DNA of 64,000 nt from an uncultured Methylibium sp. (GTDB lineage Bacteria; Pseudomonadota; Gammaproteobacteria; Burkholderiales; Burkholderiaceae_C). The position numbers were made by a program, and so were the translations under genes. Every line of letters begins with the position of its first letter. The first letter of the stretch is position 1. The notes under the pieces were generated by a model that saw nothing but the letters and a program-made list of their open reading frames with translations, was not told the origin of the DNA and searched no databases. This document shows positions 47,201 to 55,700 of this stretch, one piece after another. The DNA is taken from assembly GCA_964622685.1 (NCBI GenBank), contig CAZUUU010000002.1, positions 1,034-65,033 of the forward strand, in the 5' to 3' direction.

Positions 47201-49730
47201 GGATTCGATGCGCAGAGGCCGTAGCTAGCGCTGCATCTTCCGCGTGGTTTGCGGAGCGGACGATCGCCACGGGTGCGGTGGGCGTTTCAAGGCGCCCCTG
47301 CCTGCGCAGATTCTGAATGTCGGCATACAAGAGAGTAAGGAGGGGAGCCTCCATCCTTTCGTGGCGCAGGAACCGGCGCGCACACTGCCGGGTGTCTGGG
47401 AGCGCGAGGCTGCTGTTCATCGCCGTTTCGTAGGCACTCTCAGCCTTGGAGAGCGGCAAGGACACGCCGCCGGCGAACACGGGCCGCAGCCCGATGCGAT
47501 AGCGCCATCCCAGACGCAAGAGCGGGGGTCGCGGAGACGATTGCGTCGAAGGCAGTCCATAGCGCGTGTGTATGGCGAGGTCGTGCCGCGCGTCGACCAC
47601 CACAGAGGTCTTACCAGATTGGATGCCGAGCAGATCCCCTTGCCACAACGCCACGGTTTCCTCTGCAAAGCCTACCGTCTCGCTCTTGCCTAGTTTCACC
47701 AACCGCGTCGGCGTGCGAACTTGGCCTGCAGCGAGCGTGCGCAGCGCTGGGCCGACCTCGTCAGGCACGTTGCGGAAGCAGTCCTTCAACACTTCGTCGA
47801 TCCAGGGACTTGACGCTTCGGTTGGATCGCCGAATCTCACGGTCCGGTCGTTGAGCGATCGCCAGATGTAGTTTGCGGGGCTGTTCCGCTTCGGAACTCC
47901 GACGTCCATCCGATAACCGGTGCACAGGGCTTTCGCATCCAGCACCGGTGGTCCACCCTTGAGAAGATTCAGCTGCGCAGCCGCCTCGTCCATTGCCTGG
48001 CTTTGCCGACCGCGGTCCACGAGCGAGATACCTGAGGTACGCAGGGTCGCGCGACCGACCGCACGGACCGGCCCGCCGTTGGCAAGCGCAGTTCGGTCGG
48101 CGCGCGATGACTGGATATCTGTCTCGATGGCCATTGGATCGAGCGTCGTCAGATCCCACCGTGGCCCGCCGCAATGCTGCTGCGCCCCAAGGTCCACAAC
48201 GCCATCGCGGAGCTCGATCATCGCCCGCAAGGCAGGGTCGCTGCAAGCAGCGGCGCTTGAAAGGCGTAGATCGATCTCCTCGTTCGTGCAGGGCCAGAAG
48301 TGCGCCTCCGCGGATCTAGAAGGCGCGGGTGGGAGGCTCAGTTTCGCGGTGGTCCATACCGCGGGTGACTCGGTCGTGGACCAGGTGGCGCCGATGTGCA
48401 GATACCAAGACCGAGCGCCCTGGGCCGCAGCGGGATCCGAATGCGGCACGCATTGATCATCGAGTGCTTTGAACTGCTCGAGCCACGCCAGGAGACCGCC
48501 CTCAGCGAGTTCAAACTCGATGTCAACAGTCAGGTCGAACAGGCGTTGCAGAAGCGGCTGTGAATGCAACGTCATCAGTCGACGCATGGCGGCTTCCTGG
48601 CCAACCGGAAGTGCCTCCGAATCCTTATCCGGGTCATCGCCTTCGCCTCGCGCTGTTGAAGCCGAATGCAGGTTTCGAACACGCGACTGCGCAACTCGGA
48701 CGTCCTCTTCGGACGCCTTTGCAATGTCGCGCGCCACATCACCTGGCACGGGGATTGGGCTCGGTGCGCAACGCTTGCGGTCCAGCGCCTTTGCAGGGTC
48801 GATGCCGGCAAGATACTCCGCATGACTCCTGCGCAGCGCGTCAGCATGTTGACGATCCGCCGCGAGGCATGTCTTGAACTGCTCGGCAGGAACCGGCAAT
48901 GCAGAGCGGGAGGAAGATGTTGGACCTCCCGGCGCGGCGGAGGCTGCCGACGCTGCGCCCGCAGTCGCGGAAACTGCCGGGGCGTTCTCGCCCGTTGGAC
49001 GCCAAAGGAAGGACTGCTCGCAAGACGCATCTCGCGATTCGCCCATCCACGGCTCATATCCACAGTGATCCCATCCCACGCCAAATGCGGCTCTCTGGTG
49101 AGGATCCTTGGCATGCCTGAAACGCTGCGTGGCGTCACGGGCTCGCATCAAGGACATGAGCAGTGCAGCGTCCGAGCGCGGAACAGACAGGATCTGCATT
49201 TCGTCTTCTGCACCTGGGGGCGCCGTGGGAGTCGCCGCCGGGGGCGCCGATCCGTCAGTTCCCTTGGCTGCCTGGGGCGCCGTCCCCGCTGCTCCAGTAC
49301 GAAGGACACTAAGGAAATCTTCCCATGGGTCGGATGCACTATTGCAGGGAGCCATGGCTCGCTGCCAAAGGTCGAGCACCTTCTGTGCGTGGCGTCCTTC
49401 GCCGGGCGCAAGGCCAAGCCGCCGCCAGGATATCTCTGGCTGGGAAGGGTCGGGTTGAGGCCGTGGGCGCCCTTGTGTTGCCTGTTTGACAGGCGAAATG
49501 CGGAGGGTGAGCGACGGTAATAGCTTTGATGCGATCTGCATGGGCCATTGCGCAATCTGTATACGCGGACCGCCCGGTTGGTCACTGGGCATCAGCGCGA
49601 GCGTCGCGCGCAGACGCCAGCCCCTCGCCCCGCGTACAGCGCCGCATGCCACGACGCGGGGCAACACATAGCACTCGTGCGAGTTGCAGTCGTGCCGTTC
49701 ACGTCTGTATGTGCTGGGTGTGGGAACCAC
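44250..49730 (-). CDS. Giant uncharacterised protein B (about 1826 aa, Pro/beta-rich, no clear signal peptide)
   Basis: Uninterrupted 5.5-kb ORF; GTG 49730 with GGAGG RBS, directly after the upstream stop; motifs LPYYPDP, VVHAVSRP, RPWFSSGEGERLG, TRWGADP, PFVRLGLVRYQP. Confidence 0.8.
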   Translation of the reverse strand: MVPTPSTYRRERHDCNSHECYVLPRVVACGAVRGARGWRLRATLALMPSDQPGGPRIQIAQWPMQIASKLLPSLTLRISPVKQATQGRPRPQPDPSQPEISWRRLGLAPGEGRHAQKVLDLWQRAMAPCNSASDPWEDFLSVLRTGAAGTAPQAAKGTDGSAPPAATPTAPPGAEDEMQILSVPRSDAALLMSLMRARDATQRFRHAKDPHQRAAFGVGWDHCGYEPWMGESRDASCEQSFLWRPTGENAPAVSATAGAASAASAAPGGPTSSSRSALPVPAEQFKTCLAADRQHADALRRSHAEYLAGIDPAKALDRKRCAPSPIPVPGDVARDIAKASEEDVRVAQSRVRNLHSASTARGEGDDPDKDSEALPVGQEAAMRRLMTLHSQPLLQRLFDLTVDIEFELAEGGLLAWLEQFKALDDQCVPHSDPAAAQGARSWYLHIGATWSTTESPAVWTTAKLSLPPAPSRSAEAHFWPCTNEEIDLRLSSAAACSDPALRAMIELRDGVVDLGAQQHCGGPRWDLTTLDPMAIETDIQSSRADRTALANGGPVRAVGRATLRTSGISLVDRGRQSQAMDEAAAQLNLLKGGPPVLDAKALCTGYRMDVGVPKRNSPANYIWRSLNDRTVRFGDPTEASSPWIDEVLKDCFRNVPDEVGPALRTLAAGQVRTPTRLVKLGKSETVGFAEETVALWQGDLLGIQSGKTSVVVDARHDLAIHTRYGLPSTQSSPRPPLLRLGWRYRIGLRPVFAGGVSLPLSKAESAYETAMNSSLALPDTRQCARRFLRHERMEAPLLTLLYADIQNLRRQGRLETPTAPVAIVRSANHAEDAALATASAHRILVAPVVPEAFASWHGVFDSCSELHPPDGLRGVEFECEPGGGFPMLDSKYRTTNDPEEAVRTDAVFKPRGGVFSGRRERLPYYPDPAVRGMVLALRHRRGNCSWLHGQPIKVDLYAGGALAYPNPAVVLVEVEASGRASGATQAILQHDRLRDVGVLDAQGRFRTASLAGWGPASAEVPAVRVRILLAPGEDFDLVSWFVSDAATLYRWFDIVESAALVCDSLGCTLDGGGESAQPMARGFKVLCGGSLPKLQVGPATGGVTATSGPLCGSGGLPLPEAEQVRRMSIALHREMVKRPVPEVASWSVLRVVHAVSRPVVAPRFADSEGQEGIKVLRTNFRDETTRLRWLAKNPVSSWKTPWPGKWKPSGSDHPPGESDPDLADAATDVLIGGSVLVELNTTGGIEIEGEMPFPAHGRFDDPARRMTEAERARGVFPSHPEQTWGFKVDIEGNVTLPRTRVCMLRLDDLEEPSTASERVEGREPLDVLFSTTAVALGSSNFGPPEQTSLRRPTSRHVFADTKARHVTLSMTAYSRFGEMMGEARGRKARHTSITDEKNTIGIWIPSMKRPDRIDPRTLVPTFVWSRSDSRAVQVERRCRIRLRLQRPWFSSGEGERLGLVVWPHDLKSRHSALLAGNVAPGESGPDRVWDSSFDDAALGRGGSYVTRWGADPIRKGPVPQGWFMPREAFRDLDPSPSGEPARAEWISGVNLPIPGGDEFRQGGDPLQPVKGGSPERHERFLKVSLLAYVPKFDWREEQWYVDLDIDPLDLPDPFVRLGLVRYQPNAHPDLQVSEPVVEWVQPMPRRTVSVVFGKRTGDGYPVTVEVRGRGSLRAGNDQAISLPHEEGPHVLQRHRPVVRMRVMQKDKAVGLDLEGECVALDSGGQPLEWDSGLDHDEGGIPQPRRTNEGLSWTHTFLLAEDPDASGAGKFAVFVEEVERRRHTTYRSADGNEETNLTKAREDRELAESGARFMAHVPLRRKEGERT

Positions 49731-49732
49731 GC

Positions 49733-52700
49733 TCAGACCTCCTGCGTCAGACTTGTGTCGAAGTACTCGCGGTACTGCCTCCAGTTGCTCGCCTGGCAGA
49801 CCGCACTGCTGGAGAGCACCGCGCCGTATTGATCGCCCGGAGCGCACGCTAGTGAGCCGTGCAAACGATCCGCGCCGTCTATGGTTCCCTGCTTGTAGGC
49901 AACCGTCTTTAAGCTTGCCGGCGCACCGCGCGCATCCGCCGTGCGCACCGTAGGCTGGGCATCGAAGTGCAACGACGTCACTTGACCTTCGGTAGGCTTC
50001 GGTTCCTCCTTTGACTTGGGCTTGTCGACCTGACGACCAACGTTGACCTTGAATCGAACCTTGGCAAGACCCACCGAGAATGAATAGCTGAAGGTGGCCT
50101 GCCCCTTCATCGCACCACCTTCGCCTTGCGCCATGCGTACTGCCAAGGATGCTGCGATGCCGAAGCAGGCCACTTGCGCCGACCCTCCGCAGTAGAACAG
50201 TCCCTCCATGTGGAACTCGTCTGCGGCACTGCGGATGAAAAGTCCCGTGGTGATGCGCCCTTGCCCTTGCAACGGCCCGAATTTGAAAGCTCCCACGCCG
50301 CCGTACTCGAACGACAGGTCGAAGGCCGTGACCTTGTTCCCGTCGGACTGCAAGCCGACATAACCGCCACCGCCATATGGCGCGACCGAAATGAGGAAGG
50401 GGGAATCACGCCGCGCAAGCGATGCAGTAAAGAGCGGCTTGCCATCGTCGAAACGGAGCAAGCAGCCCACGCCGAGCGACACGTTGATAAAGGACAGCGT
50501 ACCGAATGAAATGATGCCGAGGTTGACCGAGTAACCCGCCTCGATGCCGGTCATGCCAGGCAGCATCTGCAGGTAGAAGCCATCGTCGCCTTGAGGCGAC
50601 AGGAAACTCTGCAGTGCCTTTAGGAATTGCACGTTCTCCCCGAGATCGACACTTTTCACCTTCATGTCAAACGTCGGAGCCGAGCCATTGTCGGACCGGA
50701 ACGTCGTAGGACTGAAGTGCAGATCGGCTACATGAAACTTGGGCAGGAGTCTTAGCCTGAATGGCGCCATGCGGCCGCGCATCTTCACCTTGGGCACGGG
50801 CGCGCTCAGCGAGATTGCCGTCTCAGCCTCAAGGTACAGGTGTTTCTGCTCGGCTTTCCCCGTCGCGCTTCGCGCCTCCTCGACTTGGAACAGCCCTCCT
50901 GCCACAGACTTGGCTATGTCAGCCCCGAACTCGTAGCGTGTGGAGATCCGGGTCGGGACAAGTTGCTTGAGTTGGTCCTCCAACATCCGGCGTGGCGCGT
51001 CCAGGTCAACCAGGTTGGCCAAGTCCCCGCTCAGCACGGTATGCGTCAGCGTCTCCACGCCACGCACCAGGCGGACAGCGGCCGCGTCCTCTCGCAACTG
51101 GACCAGAATCTTCCGCGCTCGAGACAGCCGATCTGCGAAATCCTGAAGCGAAACTGGTGCAGCGAGACTATTGATCGATTGGAGTTGCTGCTTCTCTTTC
51201 TCCAGGGCCTCCGCCGCGCGATGCAGAGGAGAACCTTCGACGAATGGACGTCCAAGAAGCTTGGCGAGGAACGCTTCGAGGGGGCCAAGTTCCTTGCCCT
51301 TGGGAATGTGGGCCTTCAGGTTCTCCCAGGCCGCCAGGAGTGCGGCGTCGATCACCTCCGCACCCTTAAGTACCGGCGCGACCATTTGCCAGCCGAACCT
51401 GACCAGTCTCTCTGCAGCGTCGGCCTGCGCCATCAGCGTGCGCGCTAGCAAATGCTGCACGGATTGCTCGATCGTCGAAGTGCTCGCCGCCAGCATTTCC
51501 ACTTTCGCAGCGCTGTCGATGATTTGTTGCGTCAGTTGGGCAGGGATCATTCGAGAACTGGCACTCGACGTCAACGCCTGCAGCGCAGACTTGTATTGCG
51601 AAGCGATTGCAGAGATCCCGCGGTCGGATGCCCTGAGTTCTTCGAGCACCTTTGTCGCAGCCTGACCGAGCGATGAGCCGGGATATCTTCCGGCGAGGCG
51701 TTGAAGGCCCTTCAGCAGGCGATCAAGTTCAGCGCGCCGACTCTTGTCTTCTCCCCAGTGCCACAGCCCCGCCGCCTCGCCGGCCCCCCCGCCAATCAGA
51801 CTCGCCTGCCCGATCCACGGCAAGACCGTCAGCATGGTGCGACCAAGTGCACGAGCGCACTCCCGCCACACGTCCTCCACCAATGCTGCAGGCAGATCCT
51901 CGGAAGCCGGTGCGCTCGAGAGCACAGCGACAAGAGCGCCAGTCCCCTTGCTCAGACCATCAAGTGCCTCTCGGGCCGAGGTCAAGACAGAGCGACGTGC
52001 TGTCTCAAGCCGCGGGAGCAGTGACAGCGCTTCCCTTGCCACCGGTTTGCACGCAGATTTCGCCCAAGGGTCGTCGCTGGTGAATGCCTTGCGAACTTGA
52101 GTGACTTCATCTGCTTCTCGGCAAAGCCTCTGCCAGATCGTGCTCAGCTGGTTGACTATCGCCGTCAGTTGGGCCTCAAGCCTAGCGATCCAGGCTTTTG
52201 CAGATTCCTCCTTGACTTGCTCGAGTCGGGTTCGGACCACGTCGCCCTTTAGCGCTTTTCGCACTTCGATGCGCGAGTCGACGCCGTCTGCGCGGCAAGC
52301 GTTGAGAACAGGATCGGAACTGTCGAAGCACATTGCGAGCAATGCGTTCTGCAGCAGCGTCGCGCCTTCTTCGCAAAGTTCCTTCGGCACGACGTTGACA
52401 TCGCCTGGGAGCGCTGCTTCCAGGAGCGTCTGAAGGGCATCCTCACATGCCCGCTGCTGTCCGCGAATGCCTTCGAGAGCGGCGTGAACGTCTGCCACGG
52501 CCCACGCAGCTCGCCCCTGCAGCAGTGACATGAGGCCTGAGGTCGCGTCATGGAGTTGACCGACAGCCTTCAGTGCGTGCGGAAGCAATGGTCCAATCCA
52601 GTCAGCCTGCACGCGCGCGCGGTACGCCTCCAGCGCGTCGGCGGCCTTCGGGTGTAGTTCCGATGCCTGCTTAATCCGGGCCAACACCCGATCTCTCACC

Positions 52701-55700
52701 TTCTGCGTCGCTTGCCTCGAAAGATCCTCGAACCGGCCCGGGCCTCCTTCCTTGCGCAGCGCAGCGAACTCCTGCGCCATCCATCCGTCGATGGCGGCGG
52801 CAATGTCATCAAGGCCAATGTTCTGCGGCGGTAGCGGATAGGCGAACACTAGCCTGCGCCAGTTCTCGAACCTCTCGTGCGAGAGTAGTTCGGCGACCTG
52901 TGCCAGTACCAACTTGCCGGCCTCTCCGGGAAGCGCTTTCTCCAGTTGCAGTCCGACGTCGCCGGTCAGATTCAGCTGGTGCTGGCGAATGACCTTCCGT
53001 AGTTCCTCGCGCACCGGCGCGAGCGGGTCGCGAGATGCACGCGACAGCGCAGCAGTCAGTCGCCTGCCCGTCTCGTAGACGCCACTCAACGCGCGTGGCA
53101 GTTTCTCGTCCCCGCCCGGTGCGCACGCAGCAGTTGCCTCGCCCACTGCGGCCCGACATGCCATGGCAGCTTGGCCTACGTCGGGATAGAGTTGAAGCAG
53201 GACGGCGCCAGACTGCACGGTCTGGCCGTGGCTCTTGATGCGATCGTTCGCCCGATCAACTTCCCGAACAAGTTGCTCTACAGCCTGCCTTACCGCTGAC
53301 AGCAGGTCACCACACGCCACCTGGCGCAGCGATCCCGCAACTGAGTACTCGACCTGTTCCTCGAGCTTCGGGGCGACAAAGTCTTCGAGAACGGTTCGCA
53401 GGTCGACGAAGCCGAGGATCTTCGCGTTGCTGCTGAAGAAGTCCTTCGGATCAAATCGCGGAACCTGGTTTGCCTCGTATGTGACCGATACCGGTCCGTT
53501 ATCGGCCGACACCGCGTTCTGAACCGACTCTGGCTGGGCAACTCCACCACTTCGGTGACCGTTAGGCGCATAAAGCCGTCCGTTGGTCGCGCCCTGCCCC
53601 GAAAAACACATCGGCACGTGGTCGATCAGGTCGAGGTAAACCGATGTCCGATTTGCTCCGGGATCGAATCCGGACGCAACGTAACCCGAGGCGTAGCGGG
53701 CCCTGACCGGGGAGACGCTTGCGCCGGAGAAGCGCTCCACCTGCGAAAGCGATAACTCAGCTTCCTCGAGCACCGGATAGAAAGGCGGCTGGTCGGCCCC
53801 TTCCAGCACCGGGTCGGTGACGAAGTACGCATTGCCGCCGGCTTGACCGGCCGCAGGATTCTGAAGCGAGCGCCCTTCGACCGAGAGCTTCCAGCGATGC
53901 GTAGTGTGCGTGTTCTGACCGGACGCTGATTCAGGGGCGTAGCGGCGGCGCGCGCCACCATGATTGACGGTGCGCAGCAGAAGCGACTGCTGTCGACTCC
54001 TATCCGTCGCTTTCCCGTCTTCGCGCGAGTTGGTTGGCCGCTCGGTACCGAGTTGGTTGTAGTACGCCGCGAGTGCCTCTAGCGTCTTCTCGTCCTTGAC
54101 TGCGGTGTTGTCAGCGAAGATCAGCGGGAACAGTACAGAACCGGCGCTATCGTCGATCTGCACTTCAAAGCGGATGTCCTGGCCATCACTCGCACGCGGC
54201 CAGAACATGAGTCCTCGATCCTGCTGGCGCAGCCGCAGGCGCCCGGTACGGTCCGTGTGCGCGCGAGCAGACAACTGAGCTTCGCTCGGAATGCTGCTCG
54301 GAGAGGTCGCGTCAAGAATGTCGGGAGTGCGGCGGGTCAGGACTCGCAGGTGCTCGGCGGGCCAGCGCCTGCCCCCATCAGGCTGTCCAAGTGCAGGGAA
54401 TGTCTTGTCAGGCCGCCCAATGCGCAGAAACATGCGCTGGACAAGGTAGGCTGTCGGGTGCCCGCCCACAGGGTTGCCAAGGAAGCGACGCTCCGTCAGT
54501 TTGACCAGCGAGCAACGCACTCCGAGCGGAAAGAGGAAGCCCTTGTAGACAACCTCCACCTCGATGTCGCGCCCAAGGACGGCGCGGTGCCGCCAACGCT
54601 CCAGAGAGAACGCGTCGAACATCGGCTCCTTGCGACCAATGCGTAGTGCCGCTGGAGGCTCAAACGAGGTGTCGAGGTTGAGGCTGCCGCCGAGGCAGGA
54701 GAGCGAGAGTTCGTGGACATTGAGCGCTCGCGGAAGGTAGATCGCCTGTCTGTCCGCGCCAATGTCAGCATCGGTGAGCCGAAACTCTTCCGGCGGTTCT
54801 AGTTGATGCGAGTCGAGTTGGCCAGAAGGTAGGACGCGGGGCAGAACCGGCAAGCCATGTATCGACGACAACCCGACGATCTCGTGCCGGTCGTACGCGT
54901 CCATCGAAGTTCGAAACGGCCGGTTGGCGAGGGAGGGATCGGACGAGTGCCGCAGCCATGGCGCCTGCGCTCCGCGTCGAGGGACCTTGCCTCGTTTGGC
55001 GTCGCTCGATGGCAGGTACGCTGTCGCCTGAAAATCATCGGACCAGATCGCGCGTACCGTGCTGTGCCCGGTTGGTTCATGCAAGGTCATCTGCCACAAG
55101 GGCACACCGGCGCTTCCGTCTTCACGAGGAGCCGGCGCGTTGCTGACGCGCCAACGGGCAGTCTGGGCGGGCGACAGGTGGAGGCGAAACGGCAGTTCGA
55201 TGGCGGTTTCGTGAGGCTTCGGGGCCTTCAGCGTTCCGACGATGTCTACCAGGCGTCCGGCGGCCGTTGTGGTGGTAAGGTCCTGAAACTGGTAGTGCAA
55301 TGCCGCAGCGAGATCGCTGGTTTTCTGCGCTTGTACCTTGTTCTTCCAGTCCGGGTGCTGGGCAAGTTGTCGAGCAGTGACAGCCTCCGCTCGACGTTGC
55401 ACATTCAGGTCGAGATCGGACCAGTCCGTCAGGTCCCGCAACGTGTAGTCGAAAACTGTCTGGCCCGCTTCGGCGCTGTCGGGAACTCGGAAAGAGACGC
55501 GCGAGGGGCCAGACAGGCGCGCACCGGCCACCTCTTCCAGAGCCTCAGGATCCCCCGAGGTGTCCATTTTTTGCTGGAGGGCCCGCAGGAGTTCACGGGC
55601 CTCCCTGTGGTAATCCGCAAGTTCTGATTCGCTGAAGCGATCGAGCAAGTCACGACCGCCGATGTACTCCTTGCTCCCATTGCCGATATCCCAGCCGAAC